From the IMG/VR virus record IMGVR_UViG_3300034651_000084: a stretch of DNA of 64,000 nt. One strand, given 5' to 3'. The DNA comes from a virus. Positions 27,616 through 36,798 of the stretch are shown one piece after another; position 1 is the stretch's first letter, and every line of letters starts with the position of its first letter. Under the pieces are notes generated by a model. The model searched no databases, was not told the DNA's origin, and saw only the letters and a program-made list of their open reading frames with translations. Position numbers and translations under genes: made by a program.

Positions 27616-27650
27616 AGAGGAGCGGCCGTTGTGGCTACTCCTCTTTTTTT
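27616..27650. terminator. Terminator between lysin and the convergent gene
   Basis: AGAGGAG...CTCCTCT followed by a T tract. Confidence 0.75.
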
Positions 27651-28074
27651 ATTTGTCTAAATTTTCTAAAGTTTCTTGTAGTCTATCTAATAGTCTATCT
27701 AAATCAACCTCATTACTAATTGATTTATTATACACCTCAATATCGCCATCTTTTATATCTCCCAAAATTCCATCTTTTAATATTTTTAACTCGTTTTTAC
27801 CTGGGTCCAAATATATTTCAGTTTGTCCAAAACGACTATTAAAAACATCAATTACTTGCGTAAAATTTTTATATCTCATAATATTATCGTGAGTAAGGTT
27901 ATAACATTCTTGTAGTTTGATTAGTGTTTGGAGTTGCATTTTCATTAATTGCGTTCTTCCAGTTTTGTACATCCATACATTTTTTCTGGCAAAACCCGTA
28001 ATGTCTTGAATTTGATTCGTCGATATGTTTTCGCTGTCCAATAACTCTTGGATTTGTTCGGTATTTATAATCAT
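27649..28074 (-). CDS. XRE-like HTH domain protein (moron next to attP)
   Basis: ISTNQIQDITGFARKNVWMYKTG helix-turn-helix-like segment; AGAGGAG RBS. Confidence 0.6.
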   Translation of the reverse strand: MIINTEQIQELLDSENISTNQIQDITGFARKNVWMYKTGRTQLMKMQLQTLIKLQECYNLTHDNIMRYKNFTQVIDVFNSRFGQTEIYLDPGKNELKILKDGILGDIKDGDIEVYNKSISNEVDLDRLLDRLQETLENLDK

Positions 28075-28088
28075 AACTGATTCTCCTC

Positions 28089-28288
28089 TGGTTCTATTTT
28101 GGTTCTAAAAGCTATTTAATATGCTTAATCTTTTGTGGAATATACGAAACTAATGTTTTGTTTGGCTGAAACATCAACATTTATAAAAATAAAGCAACTT
28201 TAAATGAGTGAGTGGGAATAGAAACAAAACACTTGCTTTTATTGACATAACAACGTTTCGTTTAAGTGGTGGTTCTATTTTGGTTCTA
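28089..28288. other. attP region with integrase arm-type repeats
   Basis: 19-bp direct repeat TGGTTCTATTTTGGTTCTA at 28089-28107 and 28270-28288; inverted repeats TGTTTTGTTT/AAACAAAACA (28154/28222) and ACGAAAC/GTTTCGT (28144/28255) between them. Confidence 0.7.
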
Positions 28289-29369
28289 TTAATTTATTTA
28301 GCATATCAGCCACTTCCTGTTGCTTTGTAGGGTACAGATGACTATAAGTGTTTAAAGTGGTCTCAATATCTTGATGACCTAAACGCTCTTGAATAGCCTT
28401 AATATTCACATCCATTTCAACGAGCAGCGAAGCGTGAGAGTGTCTTAAGTCATGTACTCGTATAGGTTTAACACCGGTTGATTTAGCGGCTTCTTTTAAT
28501 TTGCGGTTTAATCGGCCTTTATTTGTATAAGCACTAAACAATCTTTCATTAGTTTCATAGTCATATAAAGAATCGATAAATTCATCTAATAAATCTAAAA
28601 TAAAAATAGGAAACGTAATTACACGATTTGAAGACTTTGTTTTTGTCGTTGTGATTGCGTTTTTTCTTTTCCTAACACCCCAGTTTTTATTGATATTAAT
28701 GGTATTTTGCTCAATATCGAAGTCATCCAATGTTAACGCAAGCATTTCGCCTTGTCTTATACCGGTATAATAAAGTAAATTATAAACTAGGTTATATAAT
28801 GGATCATCTTCAAAATAAATAATGAATTGATTAAACTCATCTAGTGTGTAAAAATCCATGTTACCCGCATGTTTTTGTCCGATGCTTCCGGTTTTATGAA
28901 TAGGATTATTAGGTAAGTTATAAAATCTAACTGCATGATTAATGATAGCTGAAAGTTCATTATTGATTGATTTAATATAAGTCTGAGCATAAGGCTCACC
29001 GTTCTTCTTTCGCAATGAAAGAATCCAATTTTGCCATTTCAATATGGATCGCTCATCGATTTCATTTAGTGGAATATCATTAAAATGAGGCAAAATTTTT
29101 GTATCAACTTTATATATTTTTCCTTCCCATGTCGTTTCTTTCAAACGATCCCTCAAATCTTCTTTGTATTCTTGCCAAAACATCCCAAAAGGCATATCGG
29201 GAGAACCTTGTTTTCTCAATTTGAAATCATTTTCCCATTCAAGAGCTTCTTTTTTAGTTCTAAAGCCTCTTTTTTTCTTCTTTTTATTCTCTCCAGTAAA
29301 TGTTTTGTAATAAAATTGTACATACCATGTTTTTGTCTCAGTGTCTTTATATGCTGGCATTCCAATCAC
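28275..29369 (-). CDS. int: Tyrosine integrase (ICEBs1/Tn916-like, with arm-binding domain)
   Basis: TGIRQGE, HDLRHSHAS and LGHQDIETTLNTYSH catalytic motifs; KRGFRTKKEA arm domain. Confidence 0.97.
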   Translation of the reverse strand: MIGMPAYKDTETKTWYVQFYYKTFTGENKKKKKRGFRTKKEALEWENDFKLRKQGSPDMPFGMFWQEYKEDLRDRLKETTWEGKIYKVDTKILPHFNDIPLNEIDERSILKWQNWILSLRKKNGEPYAQTYIKSINNELSAIINHAVRFYNLPNNPIHKTGSIGQKHAGNMDFYTLDEFNQFIIYFEDDPLYNLVYNLLYYTGIRQGEMLALTLDDFDIEQNTININKNWGVRKRKNAITTTKTKSSNRVITFPIFILDLLDEFIDSLYDYETNERLFSAYTNKGRLNRKLKEAAKSTGVKPIRVHDLRHSHASLLVEMDVNIKAIQERLGHQDIETTLNTYSHLYPTKQQEVADMLNKLIEPK

Positions 29370-29468
29370 TCCTATTATGTGTTATAATAGGGCATAGCAA
29401 ATAACCCTATCGATGGATATTTGTTCTCGCTCCACACTCTTCCACTAAGATGTAGTGTGGGGCTTTTT

Positions 29469-29735
29469 TTATTTATTTTTTATTTCAAACATAACCGTAA
29501 TTGCTTGGTCATCGTAGCGGGACATATTAACAATTCTTAAATTGAGTGTATTAGCAACATCGGCTACTTTTTCATAAACTTTTGCAGTGGCAAATCGGTC
29601 CCCAATCATATCACCCTGAACAAACATTTTGCTAATATAATTGCCGTTTGATGTCGCAACCTGTTCTTTAAACGCTTCCAATTCTTTATCTGGTTTCTTT
29701 GCTTCCTCTTCTTTTTTTCTTCCAAATAACGCCAT
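29469..29735 (-). CDS. Hypothetical protein in the lysogeny module (start 29735)
   Basis: AAAGGGGG RBS before MALFGRKKEEE. Confidence 0.65.
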   Translation of the reverse strand: MALFGRKKEEEAKKPDKELEAFKEQVATSNGNYISKMFVQGDMIGDRFATAKVYEKVADVANTLNLRIVNMSRYDDQAITVMFEIKNK

Positions 29736-29791
29736 TATGTATTCCCCCTTTTTAATTTTTAGCCACCAAATTCTCATTCAGTGGCTGTATT

Positions 29792-30454
29792 TTATAAAAC
29801 TTTTCCTAATATATTAAAGTCGTCCGTTTCTTTTATGATAATATCATCATATTTTTTGTTCAACGACCCTAAGCGAACATCGCCATTTCTTCTAAATCGT
29901 TTTATTGTAACTCCACCATTTACAGCAAAAACTCCTAGTTCACCATTTTCTAATTCAGGCTGCGGTTGATATTCAATCACATCACCAGTTGAATATTTTG
30001 GCTCCATACTGTCACCATTCACAAGTAATTTCACGGTTTCGACTCCAACAAGTGGAACAGGTTGCTGTCCATCAATTGGCTCACCAGCGGCGGCTAGACC
30101 AAGAATCTCATCAGTTTGTTCTTCTACATAATGCTGTTCTTTGAGCTCTGATTCTGCAAAATTGTAGACTTTTGTTTGCCGGGGTGGTTCGAGCTTGTTG
30201 TAAACTTCAATAATATCCTGAATGTTTTCGTTATAAAAATTACCACTTACGAGATCATCAATGCATATTCCATAAAAATCAGCAAGGATATTTACTGTTG
30301 ATAACATGGGTTCAGATTTATTGTTTTCCCATTTAGATAAGTTACCTTTATTTATATGAATAATACCTTCGTATTTTTTGTTTATTTTAGAAACAACCTC
30401 ATCCATCGTCATTTTTTTAATATTTCTTATGTTTTTTAGATTTTGTCCAAACAT
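29792..30454 (-). CDS. cI: CI-like repressor (XRE HTH + S24 peptidase)
   Basis: N-terminal HTH (LSKWENNKSEP); NGDSMEP and VTIKR Ser/Lys dyad. Confidence 0.92.
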   Translation of the reverse strand: MFGQNLKNIRNIKKMTMDEVVSKINKKYEGIIHINKGNLSKWENNKSEPMLSTVNILADFYGICIDDLVSGNFYNENIQDIIEVYNKLEPPRQTKVYNFAESELKEQHYVEEQTDEILGLAAAGEPIDGQQPVPLVGVETVKLLVNGDSMEPKYSTGDVIEYQPQPELENGELGVFAVNGGVTIKRFRRNGDVRLGSLNKKYDDIIIKETDDFNILGKVL

Positions 30455-30495
30455 ATTTTCCTCCTCCGTTCCTTCATATATAGTGTATAATATTT

Positions 30496-30882
30496 GTTGC
30501 TAAAACGCAACTTATTTTGATAAATAAAGTTAAAAAATAAAAAATAAGTTGTTAATTCGCAACAAAGTGCTTGACTTTAAATTGTAGTCCGTTATAATAA
30601 GGGTAGAAGTTGCTAATAAGCAACAAGGAAGGGGGTCGCCCTTATGGTAGCCAAAGAAAAAATAAATAGTCCATATCATCGTTTGAAATATATTATGGAT
30701 AAACAGGGAGTGAAGCAATCTGATATTGCTAGCTTATTAGATAAAAATATTTCGACGGTTAATCAAAAAATAAACCGTTCAACAGGACGAGACTTTACTT
30801 TGTCAGAAGCTCAAAAAATAGCTGTATTTTTAAATATTGATTTAGCTGATTTTTTTTAAACATCATGTTGCCTTTAAGCAAC
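30496..30882. promoter_or_regulatory. Genetic switch: four GTTGC-N6-GCAAC operators and divergent promoters
   Basis: Operators at 30496-30511, 30548-30563 (one mismatch), 30609-30624 and 30867-30882; rightward TTGACT-N16-TATAAT at 30571-30598; leftward TTGCGT-N17-TACACT overlapping the first operator. Confidence 0.85.
30644..30859 (+). CDS. cro: Cro-like HTH regulator
   Basis: Divergent from CI; VKQSDIASLLDKNISTVNQKIN...FTLSEA. Confidence 0.85.
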   Translation: MVAKEKINSPYHRLKYIMDKQGVKQSDIASLLDKNISTVNQKINRSTGRDFTLSEAQKIAVFLNIDLADFF

Positions 30883-30915
30883 AAAGAACAAACCAAATAA
30901 AAAGGAGTGAACATC

Positions 30916-31068
30916 ATGGAAAAGGAAATAAAAGATTTAGCATTACAAATTGCTGAAGAATTAAAAAACAATCATAACCCTCATGTAACTATAGTGATTA
31001 ATTCAGAAGGAATAAAAATGACTTCTGTAGATTACTTTGAACCTACAGAAGTCAACATTAAGAACTAG
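30916..31068 (+). CDS. Hypothetical protein, 50 aa
   Basis: AAAGGAG RBS; MEKEIKDLALQIAEELKNNHNPHVTIVINSEG. Confidence 0.6.
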   Translation: MEKEIKDLALQIAEELKNNHNPHVTIVINSEGIKMTSVDYFEPTEVNIKN

Positions 31069-31274
31069 ACACGTCTATAACGATGAACTTTGTCTAGTCT
31101 CGATAATTCAGAGCCTAGTGAAGGAGAATTAATGAAACGTTGGTACTGCGATTGTGACACGTCAAAGTATTGATAAACAGCACCGTCCTTGAACTCCACT
31201 TCAAGAACGTTATTATCCCAACCTACACTTGAGATTCGACTTGATGACACTGGTTGTCTAAATATAGCAATCAC
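31065..31274 (-). CDS. KTSC-domain protein
   Basis: RQPVSSSRISSVGWD...LEVEFKDGAVYQYFDV...SPSLGS matches the KTSC pattern. Confidence 0.85.
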   Translation of the reverse strand: MIAIFRQPVSSSRISSVGWDNNVLEVEFKDGAVYQYFDVSQSQYQRFINSPSLGSELSRLDKVHRYRRV

Positions 31275-31377
31275 CTCACATTCGTTTAGTTTTAGGTATC
31301 CGAAAAAACTAAATAGATACCCAAACTAATCATACCATAACTTAATAAATCGTTTACAAAAAGAAAGGAAGGTTTAT

Positions 31378-32127
31378 ATGGATAATCTAGTAATTATGAA
31401 AAATCAACAGGCAGTAACTACTAGTTTACAAGTTGCAGAAAAATTCGAAAAGAACCATCAACACATTTTAAGAGATTTAGACAACTTAAAAGAGGGTGTC
31501 CAAAATTGGACAGACCTATTCTATGAAGATTTTTATACGCATCCACAAAACAAACAAAATTACAGAATGATTTTCATGAATCGAGACGGTTTCACATTAC
31601 TGGCCATGGGTTTCACCGGAAAAAGAGCATTGCAATTCAAATTAAAGTATATCGAAGCCTTTAACGAAATGGAAAATCATATCAAGCAACAATTAGACAC
31701 TTCTCAGTTAAGTCCAGAATTGCAGATGTTTAATCAAATGTTTAACGCATTGGCCAATCAAGAAGTTCAAACAAAGCAATTAGAAAATAAAGTCGATGGT
31801 ATTTCAGATTTAATTTCAATGGATTCTAAAGACTGGCGCAAAGAAGCAGTTAAGATTTTAAGAAAAATTGCGTTTAAACAAGGTGGAAGCGATCAATACA
31901 AAGAAGTTGCAAATGACAGTTACATTCGTTTAGAGCACAAAGCACGTTGCAATTTAAATATCCGCTTGGAAAATCGCAGAAAAAACATGATTAGTCAAGG
32001 TATGGGTAAAACGGCAGTAAAGAAATTAAATAAATTAGACATTATCCAAGATGACCATCGATTAAAAGAAATTTATATGCAGGTTATTAAAGATATGGCC
32101 ATCAAATATGGGGTGTGGGATCAATGA
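31378..32127 (+). CDS. Rha-family regulatory / antirepressor protein
   Basis: TTSLQVAEKFEKNHQHILRD...MNRDGFTLLAMGFTGKRALQFKLKYIEAFNEME. Confidence 0.9.
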   Translation: MDNLVIMKNQQAVTTSLQVAEKFEKNHQHILRDLDNLKEGVQNWTDLFYEDFYTHPQNKQNYRMIFMNRDGFTLLAMGFTGKRALQFKLKYIEAFNEMENHIKQQLDTSQLSPELQMFNQMFNALANQEVQTKQLENKVDGISDLISMDSKDWRKEAVKILRKIAFKQGGSDQYKEVANDSYIRLEHKARCNLNIRLENRRKNMISQGMGKTAVKKLNKLDIIQDDHRLKEIYMQVIKDMAIKYGVWDQ

Positions 32128-32309
32128 CAAAAACAAAAGTACAGGAACCTAAATTTTACCGAGTCGATGATGTCATGCAGATGCTAGAAGTGAAAGAAAC
32201 AAAAGCGTATCAAATTATCAAAAAATTAAATGATGAGCTAGAAGAGATGGGAAAAATTACAGTGGCCGGCAGAGTTTCAACAAAATACTTTGATGAAAGG
32301 ATGTATTGA
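32124..32309 (+). CDS. xis: Excisionase-like winged-helix protein (ICEBs1 Xis-like)
   Basis: YRVDDVMQMLEVKETKAYQIIKKLNDELEEMG...GRV. Confidence 0.7.
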   Translation: MTKTKVQEPKFYRVDDVMQMLEVKETKAYQIIKKLNDELEEMGKITVAGRVSTKYFDERMY

Positions 32310-32310
32310 C

Positions 32311-32424
32311 ATGGGATGGTTACCGCACTTAGTAACGTTAGTGGTCGGAATAGCAATAGGTACGCTATATGGATCATGGGTCAATGATGAATGGCGAAAG
32401 GAGCAATCAAATGGCAGCAAATGA
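32311..32424 (+). CDS. Small single-TM protein, 37 aa
   Basis: MGWLPHLVTLVVGIAIGTLYGSW; GAAAGGA upstream. Confidence 0.5.
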   Translation: MGWLPHLVTLVVGIAIGTLYGSWVNDEWRKEQSNGSK

Positions 32425-32641
32425 TTTAGATATCAAGGTTAGAAAAGTAGCTAAACGCTATCAAGTTGACAGAGATGATTTAGTTAAAAAAGTACAAATA
32501 AATAGGCTTGAAGAGCAAGGAATAGCTTTAGATACAACGTCTATGTATGAGGATATTAAACAACCTAGCAAAGATTTAGATCTTGCGGCAGAAGAAATCG
32601 AGGAGTTTTTGAGGATAGCGCAATGGAAAAGGAAACACTGA
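32411..32641 (+). CDS. Hypothetical protein
   Basis: AAGGAG RBS before MAANDL. Confidence 0.6.
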   Translation: MAANDLDIKVRKVAKRYQVDRDDLVKKVQINRLEEQGIALDTTSMYEDIKQPSKDLDLAAEEIEEFLRIAQWKRKH

Positions 32642-32654
32642 AAGGGGTGAGTAA

Positions 32655-32903
32655 ATGAGTAAACCGTTAATAACAATGAAAGTTGAAGTCTTAGAGCTAA
32701 AAGCAGTAGTTAACTTTATTACTGGCATTCAGCTAGGGGAGCTAACTATAGAAGAATTAGAGATTTTAAACAACACGCTAAAATTTCAGAGTGTAAATGT
32801 AAATAGAGAGATGGATAGACGAAAAAAAAGCTGCCCAAGACGGCAATCTCGGACAGCACATAAACAAACTTTACTAAGGAGAGTGTACCAGAAATGGAAA
32901 TAA
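32655..32903 (+). CDS. Hypothetical protein
   Basis: AAGGGG RBS; 82 aa. Confidence 0.55.
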   Translation: MSKPLITMKVEVLELKAVVNFITGIQLGELTIEELEILNNTLKFQSVNVNREMDRRKKSCPRRQSRTAHKQTLLRRVYQKWK

Positions 32904-34906
32904 AATTAAATAGTTTAAAAATTCGAAATTTTAAAGGAATACGAGATTACACACTTGAACCAAATGGCGATTCAATCAATGTGTTCGGAGATAATGCAAC
33001 TGGAAAAACAACCTTATACGATGCTTTTCTGTGGGTGTTGTTTGGCAAAAACAGTGAAGACCAGGCAACATTTGACTGGAAGCCATTGGATGACCAAGGG
33101 AACGAAATTAATCATCTTGAAACAGAAGTCATCGCAGAAATCGAAGTGGACGGAAAAGTAACAAAATTATCTCGCATGACGGAAGAAAAATGGACTAAGA
33201 AGCGCGGTAGCGCCAACGAAGTGTTTGATGGACACACTACAACATACAAGCTAGATGATCTAACAGTTAAAAAGAAAGAATATGATGACTATCTTTCAGA
33301 CTTGATTGATGAAGACCTATTTAAGTTACTAACAAACGTGAGTTACTTCCCAGAAAAATTGAGCTGGAAAGACCGTAGACAGACCTTAATTGACATGGTT
33401 GGTGACATCACAGATGACGATGTGATTGCAGAAAACGATGAACTGGAGCCGCTCAAAGAGTTAATCGAAGAAAGACCAGCGGACGAGTTAAAACAGCTCA
33501 CAGCGCAGAAAATGAAGCAGATAAACAAAGATATTAAAGCGTTACCAGACCGTATCGATGAAGTTGATAGATCCCTGCCGGACATCTCAGACTTTAACAA
33601 AGATGACCTCTTGGAAGATAAAGAGTTTTACGAAAATCGAATTGAAAAGCTGCAAGAACAAATCGCAGAAACTAAAAATTCAGATGATGTTGTGAAACTC
33701 AAAAATGATATAGCTGATTTAAGAGTACATTATAAAGAAATGAAGTTGGAATATGAAGAAAAACAAGAAAAAGAATTAGAGGACACATTAAACGAAAAAG
33801 CTGCACTTGAGAAAGACATACGCGAACTAAACACAACCATTAATAATCTTGAAGATGATGCTGAGGAAACTAGACGAGGTGCCGAAAGAAAACAGAAAGA
33901 AGTCGCTGGTTTAGAAGCCGACAGAGAAAAATTGCGTGAACAGTTTTATGAAATTCAACAAGAACAATTACCAACCTTTGACGAGCACAGAACCACTTGC
34001 CCGACTTGTGGCCAAGATTTACCAGAAGAACAGCTGCTGAAAGTGCGCCACGATTACGAACAAGAAGTTAAGACTTTCAATACTGAGAAAGGAAAAGAAT
34101 TAGAACAGAACAAGGAAAAAGGTATTGAAATCACCGAACAAATTAACAAGTTACAAGATGAAATAAACGATTTAAAAAATAGTTATGATACAGATTTCGA
34201 GAAAATTTCAGAGTATGAAAAAAGTAAGAAAGAAGTACAAGAAAAGTTAGAAAAGGTCGAAGCTGAAGAAGAGAAAATAAGAAGCAATCAAAATCCGTTT
34301 AGTGAAACAAAAAAAGCACAAGAGATTACAAAAGAAGCCGAAAAATTACAATCACAAATCGATTCTGGACAGTCCAATGTTGATGAAGATGTTGAGGAAT
34401 TAAATAAAAAAGTTGTTGATTCTAAGGCCGAAATAAAAGAGCTTGATGGCTATTTAAACGATATTGATTTCCATGCTCGACAAAATAAACGCAAAGAAGA
34501 ATTGATTGCACAAGAACAGAACTTATCTGTTGAATACGGTGAACTAGAGCAGCGATTACATCTCTTAGAAGAGTTTACACGTACCAAGGTTAACTTGCTC
34601 ACAGACACCATAAATGACCGTTTTAAACTGGTTAAATTTAAGTTATTTGAGGAACAAATAAACGGCGGGCTAAACGAGGTGTGTGAGGTTACTGTTAACG
34701 GTGCGAATTACTCAACAGGCTTAAATAATGCAATGAAAATCAATGCAGGAATCGATATTGTCGGGACTCTTATGGACTACTACGATAAAAAAGTTCCGTT
34801 GTGGATTGACAACTCCGAAAGTGTAAACGAATTAATCGATATTGATACACAACTGATTACATTATCTGTAAGTAATCACAAGAGCTTGAGAGTAGAGGTG
34901 GCTTAG
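32894..34906 (+). CDS. Rad50/SbcC-like SMC-type ATPase
   Basis: Walker A GDNATGKTT, long coiled coils, central CPTC hook, Walker B LWIDNSES. Confidence 0.88.
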   Translation: MEIKLNSLKIRNFKGIRDYTLEPNGDSINVFGDNATGKTTLYDAFLWVLFGKNSEDQATFDWKPLDDQGNEINHLETEVIAEIEVDGKVTKLSRMTEEKWTKKRGSANEVFDGHTTTYKLDDLTVKKKEYDDYLSDLIDEDLFKLLTNVSYFPEKLSWKDRRQTLIDMVGDITDDDVIAENDELEPLKELIEERPADELKQLTAQKMKQINKDIKALPDRIDEVDRSLPDISDFNKDDLLEDKEFYENRIEKLQEQIAETKNSDDVVKLKNDIADLRVHYKEMKLEYEEKQEKELEDTLNEKAALEKDIRELNTTINNLEDDAEETRRGAERKQKEVAGLEADREKLREQFYEIQQEQLPTFDEHRTTCPTCGQDLPEEQLLKVRHDYEQEVKTFNTEKGKELEQNKEKGIEITEQINKLQDEINDLKNSYDTDFEKISEYEKSKKEVQEKLEKVEAEEEKIRSNQNPFSETKKAQEITKEAEKLQSQIDSGQSNVDEDVEELNKKVVDSKAEIKELDGYLNDIDFHARQNKRKEELIAQEQNLSVEYGELEQRLHLLEEFTRTKVNLLTDTINDRFKLVKFKLFEEQINGGLNEVCEVTVNGANYSTGLNNAMKINAGIDIVGTLMDYYDKKVPLWIDNSESVNELIDIDTQLITLSVSNHKSLRVEVA

Positions 34907-35161
34907 ATGGAAGTTGGTGTTAACGAAATTATATGCCCGCTCTGTCGTCACAAGGACTCTGATTATGATTATGCTGTTGATGAGGGTCCTATGGAAATGG
35001 AGTGGGTATGCAGTCGATGTGAAGGAGAATTCATTTTGCAATCAGATATCTACAATATCTATTGGGAATTACAGTCTATGACTTTCGAGGAAAAGGAAAC
35101 TAAAGAGCGCGAAGAACAAAAAAGAGCAGAACTATATCGAAAAAAAGCTAGAGGAGAATAA
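34907..35161 (+). CDS. Zn-finger protein
   Basis: CPLC...CSRC. Confidence 0.65.
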   Translation: MEVGVNEIICPLCRHKDSDYDYAVDEGPMEMEWVCSRCEGEFILQSDIYNIYWELQSMTFEEKETKEREEQKRAELYRKKARGE

Positions 35162-35163
35162 AA

Positions 35164-36090
35164 ATGACAAATAATCAATTAGCAAACAATAATGGTGGGA
35201 ACAGTCTAAGAGGGTTATTGAAAACCCCAGCAATCCAAAATCAATTAAATAATGTTTTAAAAGATAAATCCTCACAATTTGCATCAAGTTTAATTACTTT
35301 AGCAAGTAACGATCCACAGCTTAATGATGCAGAGCCAATGTCAATCATCTCTGGAGCATTACAAGCTGCACAATTAAGTCTGCCGCTTGAAAAACAGTTT
35401 GGGTTTGTCTATTTAATCCCTTTTAATACCAAGAACAAGCAAACAAATCAATGGGAAAAGAAAGCACAATTTATCCTTGGTTATAAAGGTTATATCCAGC
35501 TAGCTCAACGTAGCGGACAATATACCAAAATTAACGTTGGAAATGTTTATGAAGGGCAGCTAAAAAGTTGGAATCCTTTCAAGGAAGAATTGGAGTTTGA
35601 CCCTCAAGCAAAAGCTAGTAACGAAGTGATTGGATACTTTGGTTATTTCAGATTACTCAATGGCTTTGAAAAAACAGTTTACTGGACGAAAGAACAAATT
35701 GAAGATCACCGCATCCAAAATAACAAAGGAAAAAATAAGCAACAATTATCAGGTGTTTGGAAATCAAATTATGATGCAATGGCTCAAAAGACCGTAATCA
35801 GAAGTATGCTAAGTCGTTGGGGAATTTTAAGCACCGAAATGCAACAAGCAATGCTAGCTGATGTAGAACCAGAGTATGAAGACACAGAAACACAAGTCAG
35901 AAGAGATGTTAGCGAGAACGCAAACAAAGAAGTGGTTGATTTTGAACCAACGAACGAGAACACAACCAACAATAACGAAAGTCCACTTACTGATGAAGAT
36001 ATCGAAACATTAAAAGAAGGTAAACCAGAAGCAGCTGACGAACAAGGAACGATGTTTGATAACTTAAACGACCTAGACCCAGGCTATTAA
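35164..36090 (+). CDS. recT: RecT-family single-strand annealing protein
   Basis: AQLSLPLEKQFGFVYLIPF, QFILGYKGYIQLAQRSGQY and YDAMAQKTVIR motifs. Confidence 0.93.
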   Translation: MTNNQLANNNGGNSLRGLLKTPAIQNQLNNVLKDKSSQFASSLITLASNDPQLNDAEPMSIISGALQAAQLSLPLEKQFGFVYLIPFNTKNKQTNQWEKKAQFILGYKGYIQLAQRSGQYTKINVGNVYEGQLKSWNPFKEELEFDPQAKASNEVIGYFGYFRLLNGFEKTVYWTKEQIEDHRIQNNKGKNKQQLSGVWKSNYDAMAQKTVIRSMLSRWGILSTEMQQAMLADVEPEYEDTETQVRRDVSENANKEVVDFEPTNENTTNNNESPLTDEDIETLKEGKPEAADEQGTMFDNLNDLDPGY

Positions 36091-36091
36091 T

Positions 36092-36796
36092 ATGATTGAG
36101 ATTAAAGCATTTGGATCCAGCAGCGCAGGCAATAGCTATCTCCTGCAAGACGGAGATAGAGCGCTCCTGCTAGAAGCTGGGATAAGACCAAAAAAAATGT
36201 CAATCAATTGGAGCAAAGTCGATGCGCTACTCATTACACACGAACATTTAGACCATTCTAGATATGCGAAAGACTATTTAAAACGTGGCGCATTCAGTAT
36301 TTACTGCACTAAAGGCACAGCTAAAAATTTGCAAGGGGTGGCTGATCACAGAGTGATGGGTTGCGATTATTTAAAACAATTTACAGTGAAGGGCTGGCAC
36401 ATTATGGCCTTTAAGGTGGAACATGACACAGCTGAACCTAGTGGCTTTTTGATACAGACACCAAGCGGCAAAAAAGTATTATTTGCAACAGACACGTATT
36501 ACATCAGATACAAATTTAACGATATTACGCACATGATGGTCGAATGCAATTACTCGATGGACATCATCAATCAAAATCTTCAAGAGGGCAGAATCCACAA
36601 GTCTTTGAGAAACCGAGTGATTAAAAGTCACTTTGAATTAGACAACGTGATTAATTTTCTGGAAAGCAATGATTTAAGTCAATTGGAAGAAGTGCACTTA
36701 TTGCACTTGAGTGACACTAACAGCAACGCAGCAGAGTTTAAGCAAAAAATACAAGCGGCCACCGGGGTTCCGGTTTATGTCGCAGAAGGGGTATAA
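36092..36796 (+). CDS. MBL-fold metallo-hydrolase (probable 5' exonuclease)
   Basis: GSSSAGNSY, THEHLDH, HD, TDT, ECNY and HLS motifs. Confidence 0.88.
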   Translation: MIEIKAFGSSSAGNSYLLQDGDRALLLEAGIRPKKMSINWSKVDALLITHEHLDHSRYAKDYLKRGAFSIYCTKGTAKNLQGVADHRVMGCDYLKQFTVKGWHIMAFKVEHDTAEPSGFLIQTPSGKKVLFATDTYYIRYKFNDITHMMVECNYSMDIINQNLQEGRIHKSLRNRVIKSHFELDNVINFLESNDLSQLEEVHLLHLSDTNSNAAEFKQKIQAATGVPVYVAEGV

Positions 36797-36798
36797 AA

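Noticed and set aside
27679-27702. 12-bp tandem repeat TAGTCTATCTAA
   Set aside because: It encodes LDRL-LDRL within the HTH moron; a simple coding duplication.
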